From contig CAZXCN010000002.1 in NCBI GenBank assembly GCA_964639185.1, positions 30,409-94,408 of the forward strand: a stretch of DNA of 64,000 nt. Reading direction: 5' to 3'. The translations under genes and the position numbers were made by a program. This DNA is from an uncultured Candidatus Saccharibacteria bacterium. GTDB taxonomy: Bacteria > Patescibacteriota > Minisyncoccia > Phycocordibacterales > UBA9973. Below, piece after piece: positions 47,052 through 56,205 of the stretch. Within the stretch, counting starts at the first letter, position 1, and each line of letters opens with the position of its first letter. A model generated the notes under the pieces. That model was not told the origin of the DNA, searched no databases, and saw only the letters and a list, made by a program, of their open reading frames with translations.

Positions 47052-47743
47052 GTATAAAAACTTTAGCATATGCCATACTAGGTGGTGTTATACCCTCGAT
47101 ATTTTGGCTATGGTTTTGGCTTCGTGAAGAAGACAAAAACAACAAAGAGCCTCGTGGATTAATCATACTTTCATTTATTACCGGAGCATTAGTAGTAATA
47201 TTGGCTTTGGGTGTAGAGAGGCTGACTTCTAATTTTGTTGATCCTGGTAATATACGAGTAATATTATGGGCAGCTGTCGAAGAGATATTGAAATACGGGG
47301 CCGTAGCAGTAGTTATTATAGGTAGTAGTGCTATACGCAAACCTATCGACTACCCTATGTATTTTATTGCTGTTGCATTAGGTTTTGCAGCTTTGGAAAA
47401 TGTATTATTTTTATTACAACCACTCACAACTGATGGCACAATAGTTGCGGCACTTACAGGAAATATGCGATTCTTGGGTTCGACACTTTTACATGCTATT
47501 GCAAGTGCATTGATAGGCTCAGCTATGGGTTTAGCATTTTACGAAGATTGGGTTTTACGAAATTTATATATATTTATCGGAGTTATTAGTGCTATCACCT
47601 TGCACTCATTGTTTAATTTATTTATAATGAAAGGAAGCGGTGAGAATTTTTTGCAGGTGTTTGGTTTTATCTGGATCATCGCGATTATAAATATACTTAT
47701 TATGGAAAAGCTGAAGCGTATGGGTGGTGAAGTTATTGCTTAA
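47039..47743 (+). CDS. PrsW-family intramembrane metalloprotease-like membrane protein
   Basis: AAVEEILKYG (EExxK), FLGSTLLHAIAS (FxxxH) and HSLFNL motifs across about 6 TM helices. Overlaps the valS end by 13 nt. Confidence 0.5.
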   Translation: MAEISIKTLAYAILGGVIPSIFWLWFWLREEDKNNKEPRGLIILSFITGALVVILALGVERLTSNFVDPGNIRVILWAAVEEILKYGAVAVVIIGSSAIRKPIDYPMYFIAVALGFAALENVLFLLQPLTTDGTIVAALTGNMRFLGSTLLHAIASALIGSAMGLAFYEDWVLRNLYIFIGVISAITLHSLFNLFIMKGSGENFLQVFGFIWIIAIINILIMEKLKRMGGEVIA

Positions 47744-47757
47744 GCAACAAAATTATT

Positions 47758-48267
47758 ATGCTAAAAAAGAAATCATTTTTTGAACGTCTAACAGGTGGTA
47801 TGCGTATGGCTGATGAAGAGGAAGAAGTGGTAACTGAGGCCGACACAAAACGTCCTCCTGTTATGCCATCTATGAATATAAAAGCTCCTGTCATAAAAGG
47901 CATAGAAGCTGAACAAGAAGTAGTCGAGGAAGAAGAAGATGCCCAGCTTACTGTTGATGTATATCAAACACCTAATGACATAATGGTGCAGACAATGGTA
48001 GCCGGAGTAGAACCTCAAAATCTATCTGTTACAATCACACATGAGATGGTAATGATCCGTGGTAAACGCGAAGCTCCTCGTGGTATCGATGATGACAAAT
48101 ACATAAATCGTGAATTATATTGGGGTGCATTTTCAAGAACTATCCAATTCCCTCAGGAAATAGAGCCCGATGAAGCAGAAGCTATCGAAAAGAATGGTTT
48201 GCTCACAATCAGACTTCCAAAGATCAACAAACAAAAACAAACAATTCTAAAAATTAAGTCATTCTAA
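47758..48267 (+). CDS. Small heat shock protein (Hsp20 / alpha-crystallin family)
   Basis: Alpha-crystallin domain: VDVYQTPNDIMVQTMVAGVEPQNLSVTI...GLLTIRLPK. Confidence 0.85.
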   Translation: MLKKKSFFERLTGGMRMADEEEEVVTEADTKRPPVMPSMNIKAPVIKGIEAEQEVVEEEEDAQLTVDVYQTPNDIMVQTMVAGVEPQNLSVTITHEMVMIRGKREAPRGIDDDKYINRELYWGAFSRTIQFPQEIEPDEAEAIEKNGLLTIRLPKINKQKQTILKIKSF

Positions 48268-48272
48268 AAATA

Positions 48273-48296
48273 AAAACTCCCATAAAGGGAGTTTTT
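48273..48296 (+). terminator. Terminator after the hsp20 gene
   Basis: aaaaactccc ataa agggagttttt. Confidence 0.7.
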
Positions 48297-48312
48297 ATTT
48301 TTTATTTTTTTG

Positions 48313-48385
48313 TGCTCGGGGGCAGACTTGAACTGCCGACATCTCCCTCTTCAGGGGAGCGCTCTACCAACTGAGCTACCCGAGC
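48313..48385 (-). tRNA. tRNA-Phe (anticodon GAA)
   Basis: Acceptor GCTCGGG/CCCGAGC. D-arm GCTC-AGTTGGTA-GAGC. Anticodon stem CTCCC/GGGAG with loop CTGAAGA. T-arm GGCAG-TTCAAGT-CTGCC. Discriminator A. Confidence 0.85.
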
Positions 48386-48533
48386 AAATTGCTTAAAACC
48401 ATCTATCTTTTATTTAAAGTGCGTGTCGCGTTATACCTACCAAAACAGCTACTTGAGCAAACATGAAAACCATCTATCTTTTATTTAAAGTGCGTGTCGC
48501 GTTATACCTACCAAAACAACTACCCGAACATGC
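48377..48533. repeat. About 2.2 tandem copies of a 71-nt unit immediately upstream of tRNA-Phe; each unit ends in a copy of the first ~11 nt of the tRNA
   Basis: Unit 1 is 48377-48447 and unit 2 is 48448-48518, sharing an identical 53-nt core aaaaccatctatcttttatttaaagtgcgtgtcgcgttatacctaccaaaaca. A partial unit 3 is at 48519-48533. The tRNA-5'-like stubs are gctacccgagc, gctacttgagc and actacccgaac. Confidence 0.8.
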
Positions 48534-48545
48534 TTTTTAAAAAAA

Positions 48546-48842
48546 TTAATTCTGAATTTGATTCAACAAATCCTGAATATGCTTCAAATCAGGAACAGAG
48601 CTTCCAACTTTCTTAACACTATCTACACTTTCGCTCATAGACCCATAATAACCAAGCAATGAATCTAAATATGGTCTTATAAAATATACTGCTCCAAATG
48701 ATATAGCAAGTATTACAAACCAATACAAAACACGGTATATTTGGGCCCATCTTTGCATCCGAAGCATCTTGCGAAGCATTTCATTATTTTCCTTCAATAA
48801 ATGAAAGTTTTCTTCAAGCATCTTTTTTGCTTCAGGATCCAT
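48546..48842 (-). CDS. Hypothetical small membrane protein
   Basis: One predicted TM helix (VLYWFVILAISFGAVYFI). No motif. Confidence 0.3.
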   Translation of the reverse strand: MDPEAKKMLEENFHLLKENNEMLRKMLRMQRWAQIYRVLYWFVILAISFGAVYFIRPYLDSLLGYYGSMSESVDSVKKVGSSVPDLKHIQDLLNQIQN

Positions 48843-48879
48843 ATCCAGATATTAGCATAAAAGTATATAAAAATAAAGG

Positions 48880-48951
48880 TGCTCTCGGCAGGAATCGAAC
48901 CTACAATTACCCCTTAGGACGGGGCAGTTATATCCATTTAACTACGAGAGC
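48880..48951 (-). tRNA. tRNA-Arg (anticodon CCU)
   Basis: Acceptor GCTCTCG/CGAGAGC, perfect. D-arm GTTA-AATGGATA-TAAC. Anticodon stem GCCCC/GGGGT with loop GTCCTAA, where position 32 is an atypical G. T-arm GTAGG-TTCGATT-CCTGC. Confidence 0.65.
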
Positions 48952-48955
48952 ATTT

Positions 48956-48983
48956 TATAAAAGCACCCTTTCGGGTGCTTTTA
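48956..48983 (-). terminator. Terminator after the glutaredoxin-like gene, upstream of tRNA-Arg
   Basis: ataaaagcaccc tttc gggtgcttttat. Confidence 0.65.
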
Positions 48984-49008
48984 TAATACGATATTTCGAG
49001 ACAAATTG

Positions 49009-49248
49009 CTATTCTGTAATACCTAACAATTCCATTATTTTTGGCTTGTTGAAACCTACGATAAGGTCATTGTCGATTTGTATTACTGGCACACCCATTT
49101 GGCCAGATTTTTGTATCATTTCAGTACGCTTTGCAGGATCCTCTCCCACATTAAAATCTGTAAATTCTACATTTTTTTCTTTAAAGAAATCTTTTGCCAT
49201 GTGGCAAAAATGACATGTTGGTGTGCTGTATATTGTTACTGTACTCAT
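49009..49248 (-). CDS. Glutaredoxin-like protein (NrdH/Grx thioredoxin fold)
   Basis: VTIYSTPTCHFCHMAK (CxxC active site). 79 aa. Confidence 0.7.
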   Translation of the reverse strand: MSTVTIYSTPTCHFCHMAKDFFKEKNVEFTDFNVGEDPAKRTEMIQKSGQMGVPVIQIDNDLIVGFNKPKIMELLGITE

Positions 49249-49323
49249 ATTTATATATGGCCCGAAGGCATTAAATCTATTAAGTATGATGATTATATCA
49301 CAAAAAACTGTTTAGCTAAAATC

Positions 49324-49740
49324 CTACTCTTCAAATACCCAGATATCCTTCTTTGCCTGTACCATATCTGTAAATTTACCCTTGAATTGTGTCGCTTTTA
49401 CTTCCCTGTCATCTATCCAGTGATAATTACCACCAGGGGGCTTTTCCATTAAAATTCGATGATATTTAAAATCATGTTCTTTCAACCATGCTTCGGTCAC
49501 CTCCCTATGTGACTCAAGTCGTGCTGTAAAAAAAGTAATTATATGCCCTTCATCGTACCATTTATTAATATGATTACGCGCTTCGGGAATCTCTTTTGCA
49601 TCTTTCATCCTCCAAGGCTCCTCATTTGGTATATCATCGCATATAGTACCGTCTATATCTATCAAATAATTTTTAATATTATCTGGCAATTTTGCACTCG
49701 CTCGTGTTCCGTCTGGATTTGTAACTTCAATAAAATTCAT
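49324..49740 (-). CDS. HAD-superfamily phosphatase (small capless type; 5'(3')-nucleotidase or PNK-phosphatase-like)
   Basis: LIDIDGTICDD (the DxDGT nucleophile motif). Downstream FFTAR and a KxxD-like region. Confidence 0.5.
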   Translation of the reverse strand: MNFIEVTNPDGTRASAKLPDNIKNYLIDIDGTICDDIPNEEPWRMKDAKEIPEARNHINKWYDEGHIITFFTARLESHREVTEAWLKEHDFKYHRILMEKPPGGNYHWIDDREVKATQFKGKFTDMVQAKKDIWVFEE

Positions 49741-49752
49741 AATATTTTTCTA

Positions 49753-50145
49753 TTAATTGAATAAATTTTTCAAAAAACCAATAAATCCTTTACTGTTGTT
49801 TTTTGTGTTTATTTCGGGGTTTGCTATGTCAATATCCTTATTCTCATCTACTATCACTACCATCTTTTCACCTGGTTTAACCATCTGGTATTTATCACGA
49901 ATAGCTTCTTCTGTACCTATTGTGCTATTTAATTTATCTATATTATTTTGCAAATTAGTTTCTCTCTCTGTTAGTGAATCTATTTGGGTGGCTATTGCAT
50001 TCTTCTTTTTATTTGTTTCGTGTGATTTTTCCACCAAACCTATCATGTTATACATAAATACCAAAACAACACACAAGATAGAAAACAATACCAATGATGA
50101 GTATTTTATATTCTTCTTATTTTGTGGATTTTGCAAATCTTTCAT
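49753..50145 (-). CDS. Septum formation initiator family protein (FtsB/DivIC-like)
   Basis: One TM helix, a coiled coil, and the conserved EEAIRDKYQMVKPGEKMVVI (cf. ARERLGYVKPGE). Confidence 0.6.
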   Translation of the reverse strand: MKDLQNPQNKKNIKYSSLVLFSILCVVLVFMYNMIGLVEKSHETNKKKNAIATQIDSLTERETNLQNNIDKLNSTIGTEEAIRDKYQMVKPGEKMVVIVDENKDIDIANPEINTKNNSKGFIGFLKNLFN

Positions 50146-50300
50146 ATTTCTTGTATGATTATATCATGTTTTTTAACCCTAAACATCAACGCAAAATCAG
50201 AGTGTTTTTTGGTATAATTTCCATACTTGTTATCATAAGTATGATTATGCTTTACTCACCTGTGTTTCAATAATAAGGTAGATTAGCCTCATATTTTGGC

Positions 50301-52142
50301 TTAATCTTTATTGCGCATCATTTTCAAGAAGACATCATGAGGGATGTTTACTTTTCCTGCTGCTGCCATCTTCTTTTTACCTTTCTTTTGTTTTTCCCAA
50401 AGCTTTCTCTTTCGAGTTATGTCCCCACCATACATATGCTGAGTAACATCTTTACTGAAAGCTTTTACGCTTTCAGAAGCAATAATTCTACCTAGGGCTT
50501 TGCCTTGAATCTTGAAAGCAAACATTTGTCTTGGCATTACCTTTTGAAGTTTCTCAACTTGAGACCTAGCATCCTCATCTACACGACGACGCGATACTAT
50601 CCTAGTAAATGCCACCATTGGTTCATCGGCTACCAATATATCAAGTCGCACAACATCTGCCTCGCGATATTCACCTATTTCATAAGATATAGATGCGTAT
50701 CCAGAACTGAGGCTTTTTAACTCATCAAAAAAGTCTCGCATTAACTCACGCAAAGGCATTTCGATTGTTAATGCAGATCTATTATCACCAAAGTTTTCGG
50801 TTATGTTTACAGTAGCTTCGTGATCATACAAGAATGGCATTAATACGATAATATACTTTGTCGGTAATATTATCTTTACCTCTACCCATGGTTCAAATAT
50901 TTTTACAATATTTCCATCATCTGGAAACATATGCGGTGAGTATACTACTTGTTCCTTTCCACCTTTTAATACTACTTTGTAGTTTATAGATGGCATAGTT
51001 ACAACCAAATCCAGATCAAATTCCCTATTCAATCTTTCTGTAATTATTTCTAGATGCAACATACCCAAGAATCCACAACGAAAACCTCGGCCCAGTGACC
51101 CCGATGTTTCCTCCTCATGCGAAAATGATGAATCTGAAAGTCGCAATTTACCAAAAGCAGCTTTTAATTCAGGAAAATCATCTGCGCTTTCAGGATACAC
51201 ACTCGCCCATACAACAGGGCTCGGCTTCATATAACCAGGTAATGCAGGTGAAGGGTTCTTTGTATATGTGATAGTGTCACCGACTGATGCTATTCCAGGC
51301 TTTTTTATACCAGTAACAATATAGCCTATTTCACCTACACCTATTGTGTCTCTTGGAGTTTCTTCGGGTGAAAATGTTCCTACTTCAAGTGATATAAATT
51401 TTTCATTTGAAATATTAAATATCATCGATTCACCTTTTACAAAACTCCCATCCACAACACGTACATATACTATTACACCACGATGATTATCGTATTTAAA
51501 ATCAAAAACAAGAGCTCGGTTTAAATTTTTATTATCAGCAGCTACAGATGAAGTAATAAAGTCATCTTTTCTGAATTCTGGTGAAGGAATTCTTTGCACT
51601 ATCTGATCGAGTAATTCGGCAACCCCAGCACCTGTTTTACCAGATACTTCGAGTATTTCACTTGGGTCAATATTCAATAATAATGCCAATTCCATCTTTG
51701 TATCATCGATACGTGCAAGTGGCGAATCTATCTTCGATAATACAGGTATGATTACAAGCCCTGAATCACGTGCCATTTGTAAAGTAGTCATAGTTTGTGC
51801 TTGCACACCCTGAGTCGAGTCTACGAGCAGTATAGAGCCTTCTACGGCCTTTAGGGCACGTGATACCTCGTATGAAAAGTCGATATGCCCAGGTGTATCA
51901 ATAAGGTTTAAAATATATTCTTCTTTCTTTTCCGCCTTACCACTTTTCCATTCCATTCTTACTGGTTGCATTTTAATTGTGATACCACGCTCACGCTCAA
52001 GCTCCATAGAGTCTAGAACCTGATCCTTCATTTTACGTGCCTCGATAGTACCTGTAACTTCCAGCATTCTGTCAGCCAAAGTACTCTTCCCATGGTCAAT
52101 ATGGGCTATAATACTGAAATTACGTATATTTTTTATCTCCAT
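50301..52142 (-). CDS. lepA: Elongation factor 4 (LepA)
   Basis: IRNFSIIAHIDHGKSTL and DTPGHIDF. LepA-specific C-terminal domain and length. Confidence 0.95.
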   Translation of the reverse strand: MEIKNIRNFSIIAHIDHGKSTLADRMLEVTGTIEARKMKDQVLDSMELERERGITIKMQPVRMEWKSGKAEKKEEYILNLIDTPGHIDFSYEVSRALKAVEGSILLVDSTQGVQAQTMTTLQMARDSGLVIIPVLSKIDSPLARIDDTKMELALLLNIDPSEILEVSGKTGAGVAELLDQIVQRIPSPEFRKDDFITSSVAADNKNLNRALVFDFKYDNHRGVIVYVRVVDGSFVKGESMIFNISNEKFISLEVGTFSPEETPRDTIGVGEIGYIVTGIKKPGIASVGDTITYTKNPSPALPGYMKPSPVVWASVYPESADDFPELKAAFGKLRLSDSSFSHEEETSGSLGRGFRCGFLGMLHLEIITERLNREFDLDLVVTMPSINYKVVLKGGKEQVVYSPHMFPDDGNIVKIFEPWVEVKIILPTKYIIVLMPFLYDHEATVNITENFGDNRSALTIEMPLRELMRDFFDELKSLSSGYASISYEIGEYREADVVRLDILVADEPMVAFTRIVSRRRVDEDARSQVEKLQKVMPRQMFAFKIQGKALGRIIASESVKAFSKDVTQHMYGGDITRKRKLWEKQKKGKKKMAAAGKVNIPHDVFLKMMRNKD

Positions 52143-52198
52143 TATTCCCCTATCCTACCAGAAAAACCTTTAAATTAAAACCTCCTTAAGATAGGGGT

Positions 52199-52714
52199 TT
52201 AGTCCCTGTCTGGTAAATTATCTATGAGAATTTTATTTTCTACACACCATGGTGATTTATCAAATTCCTCGGGTTTAAGCCACACTCTGCCATGAACTTC
52301 ATCATTTCCTTCGAAATCTTTTTCTTCCACTACTTCACATAAATAAAATGCCATATAACCTGTCGGGTATGGATAGTAAAAATTTTCTGGTTTTGGACTC
52401 GTAATTGTAACTTTTTTATACCCAACTAGTTTTACAATTTTAATATGTACGCCAGTTTCCTCAAACGTTTCTCTGATTACAGATTCTTCAATTGTCTCAC
52501 CTTGATCTACATGACCACCCGGCACATCGAGCCTACGTGTTGGTCGCTCTCCCTCACGAAGTTCTGTTTGAAGAATTGCCCCATCTTTAAAAACAATTGA
52601 ATACGCAGAAACACAATCTGGTATATTTGGAATTTCATCAGCTAAATAAGTTTCAACAATATTTTCTCCTGTTATCCAATCCAAATTATTTTCAGTATGA
52701 ATAAGTTTTTGCAT
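52199..52714 (-). CDS. NUDIX hydrolase
   Basis: Nudix box GGHVDQGETIEESVIRETFEETGV. Confidence 0.75.
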   Translation of the reverse strand: MQKLIHTENNLDWITGENIVETYLADEIPNIPDCVSAYSIVFKDGAILQTELREGERPTRRLDVPGGHVDQGETIEESVIRETFEETGVHIKIVKLVGYKKVTITSPKPENFYYPYPTGYMAFYLCEVVEEKDFEGNDEVHGRVWLKPEEFDKSPWCVENKILIDNLPDRD

Positions 52715-52715
52715 A

Positions 52716-54476
52716 TTATTCTATAAATCCGCCAACTTGGTGATTCCAGAGGTTTGCATATTTACCGTTACTTTCTAATAATTCTTTGTGTGTACCTTGT
52801 TCTACTATATTACCTTCTTCAAGTACAATTATCCTATCCATTTTTTGTATAGTCGACAATCTGTGTGCAATAACAATAGTTGTTTTACCCTTCATTAATT
52901 CAGTAAAAGCTTCTTGGATATATTGCTCTGAAATACTATCTAGACTACTTGTTGCCTCATCAAGTATCAATATAGGTGCATCTTTTATCATTGCACGAGC
53001 AATAGCCACACGTTGGCGCTCACCGCCAGAAAGCTTCACTCCACGCTCACCCACATATGTATCGTATTTATATGGAAGCTTTGATATGAATTCATGCGCA
53101 TGCGCCTTTTTTGCCACTTCTGCCACTTCCTCGTCAGTTGCATCTGATTTACCATATGCAATATTTTCCCGAATTGTGCGATGAAATAGTATTGATTCCT
53201 GTGGTACATATGATATAGCGGTACGCAAATCGTCTTGTGTTACATTGCGAATATCTTGGCCATCAATAGTAATACTACCAGCTGTTACATCCATGAATCT
53301 TAATATCAAATTCGTAATTGTTGATTTACCAGCACCTGAGTGCCCAACTATACCAATACGTTCACCAGGTTTTATATCTAGATTAAAATTATTTAAAACG
53401 GCTTGTCCATTTTTATAAACAAAATGTGCATCTTTGAATACAAGGTGTCCTTTTGTCATTGCTAATTTTTCAGGATTTTGTGGATCCAATATATCTGGTG
53501 TAACTTCAAATATATCAATAATTTCTTTCATATCAGCTGCACTTTTCATAAAGCGCATAAATACATTACTCAATGACCATAATTTTTCAAAAACCATAGC
53601 CATGTATATTTGTACTAAGACAACAGTTCCAGTTGATATCTTATTATCAATCCAAAATCTAATAAGAACATACAAAATAATACTTGAAGTTATAACAACC
53701 AAGAATGATTGTATCCATTCAATCTTTAGACCAAAAAACCAAGATTTTTTACTATTTTTATAAGCATTTTCTGTTATTTCGCCAAAAGATTCTGCTTCTC
53801 GTTTTTGAGCAGAAAATATTTTTAAAGCTAAAATATTACCAAACACATCAGCTAAACGCCCTCCTATTTTTGAATCTGAAGATGCTTCTAATATATCTAG
53901 CTTAATCTTTTTCTTTAAGAAAATTAATGTTATCGCAAAATAAACAAATGCAAAAATTAAAAAGATTAAAGCTATTTTTTTTGAAGTATTAAATAGAACA
54001 ATAAACACAGCGATCAAGTAAACACTTGTACCAAAAAAATCATAAATCAATACGTCAGACATTGCTTCAAAAGACCCAACAAAACGTCTAGATTTTGTTA
54101 CTAATGAACCTGAAAAAGTATTCGCGAAAAAAGATTGCGAATGTTTAGATATTTTATTAAAACAAAAATTTCGTAATTCCCTTTCTGCTCTCAAAAGAAA
54201 ACTAAAATAAACCAATTTACCACTTCTGGATATGAAATAAATAAATACGCTTAAACCAATAAATATGTACACGAAATGCATTACTTCAACTGAAGCAATA
54301 TTTCTTGATAGATCATTGCTAGAAAGTATATCTATAATCTTTTTTAAATAAATAGGCTTAATTATACTATCCAAAATAACCCTAATACCAAAAAGTATCA
54401 TTGCACTGAAAAAAGCAAGTTTGTACTTGCGTATTTGGGGCCAAACGTATTTAAATATACCCTTAAATAACGGCAT
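52716..54476 (-). CDS. ABC transporter, fused permease/ATPase (type I exporter, MsbA-like)
   Basis: Six N-terminal TM helices. GHSGAGKST (Walker A), LSGGERQRVAIARA (signature) and ILILDEATSSLD (Walker B). Confidence 0.85.
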   Translation of the reverse strand: MPLFKGIFKYVWPQIRKYKLAFFSAMILFGIRVILDSIIKPIYLKKIIDILSSNDLSRNIASVEVMHFVYIFIGLSVFIYFISRSGKLVYFSFLLRAERELRNFCFNKISKHSQSFFANTFSGSLVTKSRRFVGSFEAMSDVLIYDFFGTSVYLIAVFIVLFNTSKKIALIFLIFAFVYFAITLIFLKKKIKLDILEASSDSKIGGRLADVFGNILALKIFSAQKREAESFGEITENAYKNSKKSWFFGLKIEWIQSFLVVITSSIILYVLIRFWIDNKISTGTVVLVQIYMAMVFEKLWSLSNVFMRFMKSAADMKEIIDIFEVTPDILDPQNPEKLAMTKGHLVFKDAHFVYKNGQAVLNNFNLDIKPGERIGIVGHSGAGKSTITNLILRFMDVTAGSITIDGQDIRNVTQDDLRTAISYVPQESILFHRTIRENIAYGKSDATDEEVAEVAKKAHAHEFISKLPYKYDTYVGERGVKLSGGERQRVAIARAMIKDAPILILDEATSSLDSISEQYIQEAFTELMKGKTTIVIAHRLSTIQKMDRIIVLEEGNIVEQGTHKELLESNGKYANLWNHQVGGFIE

Positions 54477-54513
54477 TTTGCTATTTTAACAGAAAAGTGT
54501 TGAAATTAAAAGG

Positions 54514-56199
54514 TTAAAGATCAGCCTGTTCAGGCACCGTAACAGGACGAGACCACAACTTTCTAGATAAAGCTGTCAGTATTTCATGGTATTCTTTATT
54601 TTTTAAAATATGAAGTATCGCAACACCAGCGGTGATACCTAAAATTCCAGAACATAAGCCCTGCAATAAAACACCCCAGAAAGTATACAAATTGAATACA
54701 TCATCAAATATTCCAAGGAAAAAGTATGCCACTCCTCCCAACGCAATAGTAGCTGTTAAGCTTTGTAATATTGTTTTTCTTATACCTGTCTTTACTCCTT
54801 TAAAATTATCCCGATAGAACATGAATCCTATTAATAAAACGTTTATCAATGAACCCAATGCATACGCAAGTGGCAAAGCCAACATCTCGGTACCATTTAC
54901 ATCGCTCACACGTAATATAATTTCTAATATATTCTTGAATCCTGTAAAACCATACATCAATTGCAACATTGTATACCCAAGCACAACAACCATAATTGAT
55001 GAAAACAAGTTTATATAGAGTGGTTTCTTTGTATTACCAGTAGCATAATAAGCACGTACTATTAACAACACTATACCCTGCGACGCTAGTGATATTACAA
55101 ACAAAGCCAAAGCTGCAGCAGTTAGGCGTGTCTGGTCCCAAGTAAATGTACTGGAGCCCAATATAACACGTACTATTTGTGCTCGTAATACAGCAAATAA
55201 TGCGGTTACAGGTAATGACCAAAATATTATTTGTTGCATACCTTTTGTGACATATGATTTAAAAGCAGATACATCTTTCTTTGCAAATGACTGCACCATC
55301 ATTGGAAATAATGCTACTGAATACGATATACCTATAATACCAACAGGTACAGATTGTAAATTGTATGAAAATGTAAACAAAGATATAGATCCAGGCATTA
55401 ATTTTGATGCCATTGATATTAGAGCAATGAATGCAATACTATTAAATGATAGTGTGAGCGTGCGAGGCAAAGAGACTTTTACTACTTTCAGAATTTCATT
55501 CCAATTTATATTTATATTAAATTTCGGCAAAAAACCTTGTTTTATAATTGTAGGTATTTGTATAGCTAAATGTAATACAGCCCCAATTACAACTCCAAAA
55601 GCCAAGCCGAGTGTTCCAAAGTATGGGTACAAGAATATTATACCCAAAATAATACCAACATTATAAAATACTGGTGACAATGAAAACACAAAGAACTTTT
55701 TATAAATTTGAGTAATTGTACCTAATAGATTTGAAATACCTATAAATATTGGTGACAATAACATTATGCGACTGGTCCGAATCAATGTATCGTGCGCTTC
55801 TTCGGGAAATCCTGGTGCTATTAGATTCGCAAGATATGGCAACAATACATAGACCAATAAACTCATAGCAACCATGCACAACATAAATGCAGAGAATATA
55901 TTATTAAGAAATATCTTTGCTTTTTTATTGTCCTCCTCTTTATTCATTTTGCCAACAATAAATGGCATTATTACTGTTATAGAAGCCAATGATGCCATCG
56001 ATACATAAAGAAAGTCAGGTATTCGAAACGCAGCATAATACACATCCAATGCAGTACCGGCTCCTACAATATGTGCGAGTAGCTTGTCACGAACAAGCCC
56101 AAGTATTTGTGAGAGAAAAGCAAATACTCCTAGCAACAAAGCGGCTTCATTTACACCATGAAATTCTTTATTCAGAAACGTCAAAATCTTTTTGACCAT
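54514..56199 (-). CDS. murJ: Lipid II flippase MurJ (MviN)
   Basis: LGLVRDKLLAHIVGAGTALDVYYAAFRIPDFLY N-terminal signature. About 14 TM helices. Confidence 0.8.
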   Translation of the reverse strand: MVKKILTFLNKEFHGVNEAALLLGVFAFLSQILGLVRDKLLAHIVGAGTALDVYYAAFRIPDFLYVSMASLASITVIMPFIVGKMNKEEDNKKAKIFLNNIFSAFMLCMVAMSLLVYVLLPYLANLIAPGFPEEAHDTLIRTSRIMLLSPIFIGISNLLGTITQIYKKFFVFSLSPVFYNVGIILGIIFLYPYFGTLGLAFGVVIGAVLHLAIQIPTIIKQGFLPKFNININWNEILKVVKVSLPRTLTLSFNSIAFIALISMASKLMPGSISLFTFSYNLQSVPVGIIGISYSVALFPMMVQSFAKKDVSAFKSYVTKGMQQIIFWSLPVTALFAVLRAQIVRVILGSSTFTWDQTRLTAAALALFVISLASQGIVLLIVRAYYATGNTKKPLYINLFSSIMVVVLGYTMLQLMYGFTGFKNILEIILRVSDVNGTEMLALPLAYALGSLINVLLIGFMFYRDNFKGVKTGIRKTILQSLTATIALGGVAYFFLGIFDDVFNLYTFWGVLLQGLCSGILGITAGVAILHILKNKEYHEILTALSRKLWSRPVTVPEQADL

Positions 56200-56205
56200 T
56201 TCTAA

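Noticed and set aside
48377-48533. Direct repeats upstream of tRNA-Phe considered as a CRISPR array
   Set aside because: There are only about 2.2 copies of a long 71-nt unit with no unique spacers, and the repeat includes tRNA-derived sequence. It does not have CRISPR architecture. There are no cas genes in the window.
52143-52198. Imperfect inverted repeat cccctatc ... gatagggg with a ~35-nt loop between lepA and the NUDIX gene, considered as a regulatory element
   Set aside because: The stem is only 8 bp with a very large loop and no flanking T-tract. It is equally explained as a weak terminator or promoter spacer, and the evidence for a distinct element is insufficient.
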